Notes under the pieces: generated by a model | The model's input: the letters and a program-made list of their open reading frames with translations, nothing else | The model's database searches: none | Told to the model about the DNA's origin: nothing | From: an uncultured virus (IMG/VR IMGVR_UViG_3300021256_000067) | Taxonomy: Duplodnaviria > Heunggongvirae > Uroviricota > Caudoviricetes | Strand: one strand, 5' to 3' | IMG/VR virus record: IMGVR_UViG_3300021256_000067 | Length of the DNA stretch: 64,000 nucleotides | Position numbers and translations under genes: made by a program | Part shown: positions 49,803 through 58,793 of the stretch, one piece after another | Numbering within the stretch: position 1 is the stretch's first letter | Layout of the letters: every line of letters starts with the position of its first letter

Positions 49803-49886
49803 CCCGGAGCCGGGGTCGAACCGGCACGGCCGCAATGGCCAAGGGATTTTAAGTCCCTCATGTCTACCCAATTCCATCATCCGGGC
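49801..49886 (-). tRNA. tRNA-Leu(UAA)
   Basis: AGGGA-CT-TAA-AA-TCCCT, long variable arm. Confidence 0.93.
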
Positions 49887-49914
49887 ATTTATTCAATATA
49901 TCAAAGAACATTTG

Positions 49915-49988
49915 TGACCCCGGTGGGACTTGAACCCACGACCCCTTGATTAAAAGTCAAGTGCATCTACCAACTGAGCTACGAAGTC
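49915..49988 (-). tRNA. tRNA-Lys(UUU)
   Basis: CTTGA-CT-TTT-AA-TCAAG. Confidence 0.9.
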
Positions 49989-49994
49989 AACTCG

Positions 49995-50068
49995 TGGTCC
50001 TTCTAGGGCTTGAACCTAGGACCTCTTGATTATGAGTCAATTGCTCTAACCAACTGAGCTAAAGGACC
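49995..50068 (-). tRNA. tRNA(CAU): Ile2 (lysidine-type) or elongator Met
   Basis: TTGA-CT-CAT-AA-TCAA; fully paired GGTCCTT/AAGGACC acceptor. Confidence 0.88.
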
Positions 50069-50075
50069 AATATTG

Positions 50076-50163
50076 CGGAAAGAGAGGGATTCGAACCCCC
50101 GATACGCTATTAACGCATGCCGGTTTTCAAGACCGGTGTATTCAACCGCTCTACCATCTTTCC
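50076..50163 (-). tRNA. tRNA-Ser(UGA)
   Basis: CCGGT-CT-TGA-AA-ACCGG, long variable arm, G73. Confidence 0.93.
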
Positions 50164-50173
50164 GAATTTATCT

Positions 50174-50296
50174 CCACTATGTCAATGAGCTCCGTTTTAA
50201 AAATACTTTACAAAGATATATCAAATCAATGATATAAAAAAATATTTTCAAATATTTAACTTTAATTTAACATTTAAGTTAAATTTTGTTTAAGTA
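50174..50296 (-). promoter_or_regulatory. tRNA-operon promoter cassette (TATCTTTG -7 box + boxA-like element), copy 2
   Basis: Duplicate of 49681-49802; -7 box at 50211-50218. Confidence 0.75.
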
Positions 50297-50366
50297 TCCC
50301 GGGAAGGAATCGAACCTTCATTTACGGTTTAGAAGACCGTCATTCTATCCGTTGAATTACCGAGAC
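50295..50366 (-). tRNA. tRNA-Arg(UCU)
   Basis: ACGGT-CT-TCT-AA-ACCGT. Confidence 0.9.
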
Positions 50367-50589
50367 CCGTAAAAAATCAAATCCCGAGACTCGCATAGTC
50401 CGGGATTCATATTCTTCATCTGTTAATTGTCTTTACATTATATACCCGGAACTGTATATGCACCATGAATCGGCATTTCTTTTTATTAAAGAAACGCTTT
50501 CTGGATTTGTTTGATATGTTCCGAAAATATATTGCATTTAATTATTTATCTATTAAAAATAAATTTAAAATTTAATTTTCATAATTTTT

Positions 50590-51123
50590 TTATTGGCAAG
50601 AGAAAGCATCCTCGCCAATCGAGGTCACTGAGCTTGGGATTTCAATCTTGGTCAAACCACTGCAACCATAGAAGGCCTGGTCGCCAATCGAAGTCACCGA
50701 GTTGCCGATTGTCACCGAGGTCAAGCCTTCGCAATAAGCGAAGGCATAGTCGCCAATCGAAGTCACCGAGTTGGGGATGGTCACCGAGGTCAAGCCTCTG
50801 CAATTATTGAAGGCACTGTTATATATTTTTTTAACTTTATCAAAATCTTCTATGTATATATGGTATTCACCTGGTTCATATTCATTTACCGTATATCCAT
50901 TCCGATCTAATTTAATATGTTCACCGTTTATATAAACTTTATCTTTATATTTTTTATAACCATTATTTATAGGATTAAATATTTTTATTCTTCCGCGTCT
51001 ATTCACTTTATAGACAAGCTGATATTGTATATATTTTTTTACATCAGACGCTTTAATGATTCCGGAATCTTCAATATCAGAATTATCCCATTCGATTAAT
51101 ATCCTATTTAATATATTATCCAT
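50590..51123 (-). CDS. stand-alone single BspA-LRR module with LNR leader (C-terminally short)
   Basis: [28 protein letters not shown] + [11 protein letters not shown] cap + about three LRR_5 repeats. Confidence 0.85.
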   Translation of the reverse strand: MDNILNRILIEWDNSDIEDSGIIKASDVKKYIQYQLVYKVNRRGRIKIFNPINNGYKKYKDKVYINGEHIKLDRNGYTVNEYEPGEYHIYIEDFDKVKKIYNSAFNNCRGLTSVTIPNSVTSIGDYAFAYCEGLTSVTIGNSVTSIGDQAFYGCSGLTKIEIPSSVTSIGEDAFSCQ

Positions 51124-51142
51124 AATTTTATTTGAAGTTTAA

Positions 51143-51880
51143 TTAAGGAAATGATACAAACCAATAGCCTTTATTACAATCTTTAAAATATTCTTTTGCC
51201 TCATTTATTTCTTCTGTTCCTTCGTCTTTATATAAACCCGAATTGACGGTTATACCGCCGATAAGGTTTGTCGTGAATGTTCCTATCAATCTTGAAACCT
51301 CTACTTTGCATTTGCCGCATATATATTTTCTTACCATACCATCATTCCATAAATCCTGCTCGGGTATACGGACCATCATCTCAACCACTACATTCGTCTT
51401 GGGATCATGTCCTAAAACCTGCAGCCTGTGAGTATTGGGATTCCAGCTGTGACGAATATCAACCAAAGAGAATGTTTTCATTTGATCCCAAGAAAGCCAG
51501 GCTATCTGCATGGAAGCTATCCATTCATTATTGAATTGTGATCCGAAATAAATTCCTGAATTGACTGCTTTCTGGAATGACATGTCCGGATCATTGAACC
51601 CGTAAAAATTATACATCTTGTGAGCTTCTTGAAATTTAGTCACTGATGTAACACAATCCGCGAATTCTATAACTCTGTCTTTTCTGAATTCTGGTCTGTA
51701 AAATAATTCTTTTGGCAGCATCATAAACTTTTGCTCTAAACTGTCAGGATACAGCTGATAAATCTCAAGCGTCGATTTCTCTATTACACGTTTGATTTCC
51801 TTTTTGGGAAGATTTATATCTATTGATCCTCCCAGTGTTATTTCATTCTCTATCCAGTTGGCTAATTCGTCTTTTGTCAT
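51143..51880 (-). CDS. gp13: T4 gp13-like neck protein
   Basis: TKDEL..WI....LGG..I.I.L...EI..VI N-terminus and LIGGITVN...Y..EG.EE C-terminus match the gp13 pattern. Confidence 0.75.
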   Translation of the reverse strand: MTKDELANWIENEITLGGSIDINLPKKEIKRVIEKSTLEIYQLYPDSLEQKFMMLPKELFYRPEFRKDRVIEFADCVTSVTKFQEAHKMYNFYGFNDPDMSFQKAVNSGIYFGSQFNNEWIASMQIAWLSWDQMKTFSLVDIRHSWNPNTHRLQVLGHDPKTNVVVEMMVRIPEQDLWNDGMVRKYICGKCKVEVSRLIGTFTTNLIGGITVNSGLYKDEGTEEINEAKEYFKDCNKGYWFVSFP

Positions 51881-51898
51881 TTTTAATAAAAATTAATT

Positions 51899-52735
51899 TT
51901 ATATAGTATGGGTAAGTTGTATTTTTGTGTTATTATCATCCCAGTATTCTGATAATTTAAATCCATCTATGCATAAATCTGTATCAAACGGAAGATCAAA
52001 TTTAATCATATTACTTGGTTCGGATTTTTCGACAGCGAGCATCCGCCCTAATTCGTGAAGATCTAAAAATCCTTTTCCTTTCTTCCAATAAATGTCATTA
52101 ATATTAATAAACACCTTTTTAATATATTTAAATTCAAAGGGAGAATCAAAAGTATAATCGGGGTTTTTAGTATCTGTTTTCTCAAAATGTACAGATATTC
52201 CTATATTCTCATTCAGAAATGATATCATATAACCTATAAAATCCCCGTAATAGAATTTATATTTTTTATATAATATCCCTAATCCGTCAATTTTTTTAAG
52301 TAATCCATTTATAATATTTTCAATATCAGCCCTTAATGAACGGTATTCATCTGAATATATTCCTCTTGCCAAGCTGCTTGGTTCAAAAAATATATCATTC
52401 ATAGTAAAATTGACATTTATTTCATAAGCATCTTTTCCTACCATTCCTATATCACTCACCGCGTCATATGAAAGCCATGTATCAAGTACTTCTTTACTGT
52501 GAGTAATAAACGATAATTTATTTCCCGGATTCATTAAAATATGGGATGCGCAGAAATATATATAATCATAAATTCTTGTATATACATCTATAATATTATT
52601 CTTAAGATATTCCTGTACTTCTTCAATATGATCATTAAGATCATAAAAAGAATTTTGAGATAATATTCCATTAGAATCCTGAACTGTATCAGAATTCCAT
52701 TCAATTAAAATCCTATTTAATATCTTTTTATTCAT
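51899..52735 (-). CDS. LNR-leader protein
   Basis: [27 protein letters not shown]. Confidence 0.8.
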   Translation of the reverse strand: MNKKILNRILIEWNSDTVQDSNGILSQNSFYDLNDHIEEVQEYLKNNIIDVYTRIYDYIYFCASHILMNPGNKLSFITHSKEVLDTWLSYDAVSDIGMVGKDAYEINVNFTMNDIFFEPSSLARGIYSDEYRSLRADIENIINGLLKKIDGLGILYKKYKFYYGDFIGYMISFLNENIGISVHFEKTDTKNPDYTFDSPFEFKYIKKVFININDIYWKKGKGFLDLHELGRMLAVEKSEPSNMIKFDLPFDTDLCIDGFKLSEYWDDNNTKIQLTHTI

Positions 52736-52738
52736 ACT

Positions 52739-52984
52739 TTACCATTTCTTTTCTGGACATCCTTCTATTGATATTCCGTTTTTGTCAAGATAATAATTGA
52801 CATTTACTTTCGCGCTTATATAACATCCGCATCTTTCACAGAAACCGCCCTTCCTGTATTTGCACTTATTACAAATAGCAAGCCTTTTTACAGCAACATC
52901 GCTTCTATAAAACTTAATGGTGGATAAAATATATTTGCCCCATCCCTGTAATATATAATAAATCTTTTTTAAACTGTTAATCAT
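52739..52984 (-). CDS. small Cys-rich Zn-binding phage protein
   Basis: RLAICNKC...CERCGCYISAK...CPEKKW. Confidence 0.75.
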   Translation of the reverse strand: MINSLKKIYYILQGWGKYILSTIKFYRSDVAVKRLAICNKCKYRKGGFCERCGCYISAKVNVNYYLDKNGISIEGCPEKKW

Positions 52985-52991
52985 ACCTTAA

Positions 52992-53900
52992 TTAAGTCCA
53001 AGGTACAAACGGAAATATCCAATACCAAGGATGATATTCCCACATGCACTTGTTTATATTTGTAAATAAATTTAATTTTCCAGGATCTTCTATATAAAAA
53101 GCATCTTTATTTGTCGGTATAGATACTAGATACATGGAATAATCATCTTCCCATACTTTTAATGCTTTAACACTGATAGGCGTATTTATATTATTAAGAG
53201 TAATTTGACCGAGGGTTTTAAAATTTCCATATTGTATATTCCTGCTGCCTGATTCCCATTCGTTTTTTGTATTAATAATATCTTCTATTATTGATAAATC
53301 TTCACCAAAAATTTCATTTTCTGCATATTCAAGATATTTTTTTACAGTATCCTGTATTCCGTTTTTTCTTATCATTGCCCTAACATTATTCCCTCTAATA
53401 TCAAATCCTGCTATATAACACCATGGAATATATTCATTTGAGGTACTATAAGATAATACATAATTTTCTGTTCTGGTTACCCAATTTAAAAACGGATCAG
53501 CGGAAAAATAATCAATATTTCCTTTTTTAACTTTTGTATTAAGATTGCATATAGTATTATTACTTAATCCTCTATAGACATTTAATAACGATCCTAATTC
53601 TGACGAATTAATTTCTATATTTGGAGTATTTATATCTATTTCTAAAACATCTGTATCCGCTGAGCCGAACGGCCATTCAACAGAATCTGCAAAATTTTCT
53701 GATTGTAAACCTTTAAACAAAAAATTAAATGTATCTATTGCCCATTTAACATTCTTTATATATTCTGGAGAATCCCATTCATAAACACCTTTAAGCCGAT
53801 TATTTATAGAATCAGTAGATATAATTTCATTGGTGCCTGTCAGATAGTTTCCCCAATCAATCAAAACTTCATTTAAATATTTTATATTTTTTATACCCAT
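52992..53900 (-). CDS. LNE-leader protein
   Basis: MGIKNIKYLNEVLIDWG...EIISTDSI. Confidence 0.8.
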   Translation of the reverse strand: MGIKNIKYLNEVLIDWGNYLTGTNEIISTDSINNRLKGVYEWDSPEYIKNVKWAIDTFNFLFKGLQSENFADSVEWPFGSADTDVLEIDINTPNIEINSSELGSLLNVYRGLSNNTICNLNTKVKKGNIDYFSADPFLNWVTRTENYVLSYSTSNEYIPWCYIAGFDIRGNNVRAMIRKNGIQDTVKKYLEYAENEIFGEDLSIIEDIINTKNEWESGSRNIQYGNFKTLGQITLNNINTPISVKALKVWEDDYSMYLVSIPTNKDAFYIEDPGKLNLFTNINKCMWEYHPWYWIFPFVPWT

Positions 53901-54020
53901 TTTAAACTTATTTTGCGATTTCCGTTTATATAATTGTATGCAATTAAGAAAAAGAAATATTTAAAGAAATATATAAAGAAAAAATTTAGTTAAATATTTA
54001 AAATATTTATTTTTATTCTT

Positions 54021-54587
54021 ATGAATAAGAATATATCTGATTATAAAAGAAGGAATAAACCCCATATGAATGAGAATTCTAAATTCTATCAGGGATATTT
54101 TATTCCTAAACATCCAGAAAAATGTCTTACAAAAAATAATATATGTCGCAGTGGATGGGAATTCAGGTTCTGTAACTGGTTGGATAACAATTCAAATGTT
54201 ATCGAATGGGGATCAGAACCTATTGCTGTGCAATATAGAAATCCCGTCGCTAATTTAAAGTATTGTAAAGAGAATGGTCTGAATCCTAAAGATCCGTCAA
54301 ACTGGAAAATATGTAACTATTATGTCGATTTCTGGTTTCGTTTAAGGCAACGGGACGGCTCATATAAAAAAATATTTGTAGAAGTAAAACCATTATCCCA
54401 ATGCAAACCTCCAAAACCATTAGAGCCTAATGCGAAACTTAAAGAAGTACGGGCATATAATAAAGCCGCCGAAACGTGGTTAATCAATTCCGCGAAATGG
54501 GCAGCGGCAAAACAGCTATTTGAATCAAAAGGATGTGAATTTTGGATAGTTACTGAAAAGACTTTAAGTAATTTAGGTCTCTTATAA
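54021..54587 (+). CDS. gp4: T4 gp4-like head completion nuclease (TnsA-like PD-(D/E)XK)
   Basis: YQG.F.PKHPEK, RSGWE..FC.WLD.N..VIEWGSE, YYVDF, VEVKP..Q..PP, N.AKW.AA. Confidence 0.88.
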   Translation: MNKNISDYKRRNKPHMNENSKFYQGYFIPKHPEKCLTKNNICRSGWEFRFCNWLDNNSNVIEWGSEPIAVQYRNPVANLKYCKENGLNPKDPSNWKICNYYVDFWFRLRQRDGSYKKIFVEVKPLSQCKPPKPLEPNAKLKEVRAYNKAAETWLINSAKWAAAKQLFESKGCEFWIVTEKTLSNLGLL

Positions 54588-54624
54588 TAAAGAGTAAATA
54601 TAAAAATCGTAGTTTAACAGATAA

Positions 54625-55764
54625 ATGATTACAGCATTAAAAAATATTACAGTCAACAGCATGATCGGCATGCTTCCTTCTGTTATTAATTATAATAATC
54701 AAAGTATAGAATCTGACTTTGCATATATTTTTGATTATGATAAAGGATGTTATATACATGATTTAATAAACCCCAAAGGACTTGTAAAAGCCCACTGGGG
54801 AGAATTTGTCAATCTTACAATCGATACATTAAGAATTAAAGATCCATCTAGTCTTTTTAATTCAACATTTAGGGGAATCAGCCATAATCAATGGACTGAA
54901 AGATTTGTTAATGAAGATATATTGACTGAAGATGATAAAGAAAAGTATTGTCATGATATAGCATCTATTAAAGGACTTGAAGAACGCCTTCAAGAATTAG
55001 AAAATAAAATAGCTGAATTCGGAGAAATCTATAAGCGATTAACCGCGACCGATCCATTTGATAATGTATGGGAAGCTTATGGTTCACAAGAGGCATCTGG
55101 TCCATGGACTGTAGGCCCAACATCGCAAGAAAATTCAACTGAAGAATCATCAGAAAATAATACAGATCCTCAGGAAGAACGACCTTCTAATGGAGATAAT
55201 CAAGGAAGCAGAACAGATTCTGATACACTCAATACAGAAGAAACTGAACCTGCAGGTGAAAGATTTGGTGCGAGTTCTCCTACAAAAAGCGTAAAAAGAA
55301 ATAAAAAGAAATCAGCCGCCAATAAAAATATAGTTAATGAAAAAGGTAATGAAACAGAATATACATATCCTAAATCTTTATTAACTGAATCAAAAGCTGT
55401 TATAAAGAAACAATCTTTATATCCCGGTGACTACAGAGATTTACAGGCATGCAAGACATATCATTATATTGATACTAAAAAAGGTGATGTTGAATTTGTA
55501 AAAATAAGTAATACTTATCAATATGCATTTAACAATGCCGAAATTAATCAGGAAATATATCTCTTATGCCGTAAAGCTAATAATAATGATTCTGATTTTG
55601 TGATTAAACTTGATGGATGTCTTGATAAGCATTTATATATATCATCACATATTCAGCCAGAACAATCTGTTAAACTGATATGCTATAAAGTTGATCGTTC
55701 TCTTGGAGCATGCTGGAAACTTGATCCAGATGAAATTGAATCATTACCTATCGAAATAAAATAA
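54625..55764 (+). CDS. putative virion protein with central disordered linker
   Basis: 379 aa, in the structural block. Confidence 0.7.
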   Translation: MITALKNITVNSMIGMLPSVINYNNQSIESDFAYIFDYDKGCYIHDLINPKGLVKAHWGEFVNLTIDTLRIKDPSSLFNSTFRGISHNQWTERFVNEDILTEDDKEKYCHDIASIKGLEERLQELENKIAEFGEIYKRLTATDPFDNVWEAYGSQEASGPWTVGPTSQENSTEESSENNTDPQEERPSNGDNQGSRTDSDTLNTEETEPAGERFGASSPTKSVKRNKKKSAANKNIVNEKGNETEYTYPKSLLTESKAVIKKQSLYPGDYRDLQACKTYHYIDTKKGDVEFVKISNTYQYAFNNAEINQEIYLLCRKANNNDSDFVIKLDGCLDKHLYISSHIQPEQSVKLICYKVDRSLGACWKLDPDEIESLPIEIK

Positions 55765-55780
55765 TCTTCTAAGAATATAA

Positions 55781-58762
55781 ATGAGTAACAAGAATAAAAC
55801 ACCATTATTAAGACCATTAAGAAAAGAAGGAGGAACTTTATATATTTTCCCTTCTGCTACTGAAGATATTGGATTAAATATTAATTCAAGGGCCAATAGA
55901 GTAGCATTATCTTATTATGCGTTATTGGATATTCCAAACTGTGAAACTTATGATGATATTATATCCGAACAGGATCCGGATATATGGGTAGATTCATCAT
56001 CACGAGAAGATTATCTGAATAAAAACAGGTTTATGCCTGGACTTATTCCAGGTAGATTTACAAATACCGGTCAGGATCAAATAGACAGAAGCGAAACAGG
56101 TATAGGATCTTGGGAAATCGCCGCGTCTTTACAGAATTACGCAATGAATTTTGAGACCGTACTTAGGAACCAGGATTCATATAATTACCAGTTAAGTAAA
56201 ACCGTATCTGAAAGAGTATTTTGGAAATGGCTTAAAGAGACAGGAGCTATCAGATGGGAATATATAAAAGATTTAAAGACTAATCCCGATGGATCTGAAA
56301 TAAAGAAAGGGTATTATAGAGAAGTCTCAGATTCTGCTTCATATGAAAGAGTTGTAAAATGTTTCGGAGAAATTGCAGCGGGAAATTCATTATCGACAGA
56401 ATTCGGAATGTTTAATGAAATCTATATTACTGTTCCATCTTCTTATGGTGAATCTCCTATATATTTTCAAATCGATGAAGATGATAATTATCAATTAGGT
56501 AAAGCTTATACTTCCAATGAACTCCAGAATAATATTCTTGAAGGACGTAGGGAATATATGAATAACAATGTTATAGATTTTCAATATACATTAAATCGCG
56601 CGTGGTCAGATGTATATCAAGAATCTGCTAATATGGTTGATCCCACCAGAGGAAAAATAGAGACAGAAAATGGCCTGCCTTGGTATAAAGATTTATATAA
56701 TAATGAAGGAGATATTAATTCTTATATAACAGATGATGCCATAACTGATTATACAAAACCATTGGATGTTTCATTATATGTTACTCCTCCAGGTGAAAAC
56801 ATTGAATCAAGTTTTATAATCAAAAGATCCAAACTTGATGCAGTTTCTCTTGTGAAAAGTATACCTGTTTATGAGAATATTATGAAATCTCAATTAGCAG
56901 ATAATATAACTGAAAATACTGAAAGTGAATTTTCAAGTCTCGATTATCCTACTGAATATATTGAAGACGGGTTGTTAGATTGGGATAAACTAGCTATAGA
57001 TTTTCATAAAAATATAGATTCTAAATTTACATTTAATACTGTACTTCTTTATTATACTGTATATGATGCAAATAATCAAACTGAATTAGCAACTAATTTA
57101 TTTGGTATATTATTTTTAGATGGCGTAAAAGATGAACAAGGATCTGAATCTTCTGATTTTTCAGGAGCAAATATGCAGTTCTCTTTCAATGAAATAATAA
57201 AACGGCAGTCTAATGAAAATGGATTCGGTACAGGTTATTCATTCAGGGTTAATATAAAGACTTCCTCTATATTTGACAATACAGATGCACTTATATCTGA
57301 TAATACAACCGCGAATTCAATTATAACTGATAATTTTAATGATGTTATATATTCTTTGCATCAATCTCTTAATTTAATGCAGGGAAATACATATATTACA
57401 CAATCATTAATTGACAAATATAATGAACTGCATTCGCATATCCAGAATAATGATTTAGATATACGTAAATTAAAAACAGATTTAAATACTTATCTTATGT
57501 ATAAGTATGAAAATATTGTTGCCGATACAGTAGACAGCGATTTAATATCTGTTCGAACGATTGTTCCGAATTCATTAAATGACGTTAAAAGCGCAGGCTC
57601 GACATTAAACAGTATTGATTTTAATTTTTACAGAAATAATCCCGATACAAGTGATTATATTCTTTCAGATACTCCTATTATGTCTGTAGGAATTAATAAT
57701 GTAAACATTAAACACAGCACAGCGGAGAAATTAAAAGTTCATAATTTATATCAATCTATTCCTTGGGTTTATGGTAATACCATGAATGAGGATTATATAG
57801 AAATAAGCGATCCAGCGCTTGATAACGCACTAACAATTCTTGAAGCCATAGATATTAAACTTTTACAAGATACAAATACATGGGTTACAGAAGATTGGGA
57901 TAACACATTATCTGAATGGGTAAGAACCGTACATGATGGTACAGAACAATATTATATTATTGATCCAAGCTCTTCATTATTCACTGAAAGAAATACTTGG
58001 GGATATAAATCAGATATGATATATACTGATTATACATCTGGAATTACTTGGGTGAATTATCAGAAATTTATTCCTCTTATTATATTAACATTGAAAAAAC
58101 TGTTAACATATCATAAAACTGGTGTTTCTGCTGAAACAGAATTATCTTCTAAGATGGAGCAGAAATTTAGTGAATGGGTTAAAAAGGGAGAAGCAACATT
58201 ATCTAATATAACAGAAGAAGCTCAAAATATAGTTAATGAGCATTCAGAAAGACTTACACAATATTCTAATATTATTAATCAAAGCCGTGCAAATATAATA
58301 AATCAGACTGTAAATGATATAACAGCTGATGTAAGCGCTATGATAGAAAGAGATGTAAGTATAGCTGTAAGTCGAATCGTCGATTCTTCCGTGCCTGATA
58401 ATTTATGGAATTTTGTAATTAGTGATAAAGTTTCTGAACTTGTTGATAATAAAATAGATCAAAAATTCCCAAGAACATCAGAAACTACACAAGCTGTAGA
58501 TCTAGAAACTATGTCTAATAACCTTACTAATTTAAATAATGCGCTTTCAATTTTACAAAGTACATTTAATACATTCTCTAATAATTTAGCTAATATGAAT
58601 GTACATGACAGCGGTACAGCTATATCAACTATAGTAAATGCCGGGGCAGAGGCATCTGGACAACTTGAGAATATTCAACAATATATGCAGCAGTTACCAA
58701 AAAATTATTCTGATGCATCTACAGCTATAGATGCTTCCCAAGGAGAACAATTTGAACCATAA
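55781..58762 (+). CDS. large putative structural (tail/baseplate) protein
   Basis: 993 aa; coiled coils; possible S74-like chaperone segment. Confidence 0.7.
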   Translation: MSNKNKTPLLRPLRKEGGTLYIFPSATEDIGLNINSRANRVALSYYALLDIPNCETYDDIISEQDPDIWVDSSSREDYLNKNRFMPGLIPGRFTNTGQDQIDRSETGIGSWEIAASLQNYAMNFETVLRNQDSYNYQLSKTVSERVFWKWLKETGAIRWEYIKDLKTNPDGSEIKKGYYREVSDSASYERVVKCFGEIAAGNSLSTEFGMFNEIYITVPSSYGESPIYFQIDEDDNYQLGKAYTSNELQNNILEGRREYMNNNVIDFQYTLNRAWSDVYQESANMVDPTRGKIETENGLPWYKDLYNNEGDINSYITDDAITDYTKPLDVSLYVTPPGENIESSFIIKRSKLDAVSLVKSIPVYENIMKSQLADNITENTESEFSSLDYPTEYIEDGLLDWDKLAIDFHKNIDSKFTFNTVLLYYTVYDANNQTELATNLFGILFLDGVKDEQGSESSDFSGANMQFSFNEIIKRQSNENGFGTGYSFRVNIKTSSIFDNTDALISDNTTANSIITDNFNDVIYSLHQSLNLMQGNTYITQSLIDKYNELHSHIQNNDLDIRKLKTDLNTYLMYKYENIVADTVDSDLISVRTIVPNSLNDVKSAGSTLNSIDFNFYRNNPDTSDYILSDTPIMSVGINNVNIKHSTAEKLKVHNLYQSIPWVYGNTMNEDYIEISDPALDNALTILEAIDIKLLQDTNTWVTEDWDNTLSEWVRTVHDGTEQYYIIDPSSSLFTERNTWGYKSDMIYTDYTSGITWVNYQKFIPLIILTLKKLLTYHKTGVSAETELSSKMEQKFSEWVKKGEATLSNITEEAQNIVNEHSERLTQYSNIINQSRANIINQTVNDITADVSAMIERDVSIAVSRIVDSSVPDNLWNFVISDKVSELVDNKIDQKFPRTSETTQAVDLETMSNNLTNLNNALSILQSTFNTFSNNLANMNVHDSGTAISTIVNAGAEASGQLENIQQYMQQLPKNYSDASTAIDASQGEQFEP

Positions 58763-58793
58763 AAAATAAAAATAATTCATAATTATTTAACAT

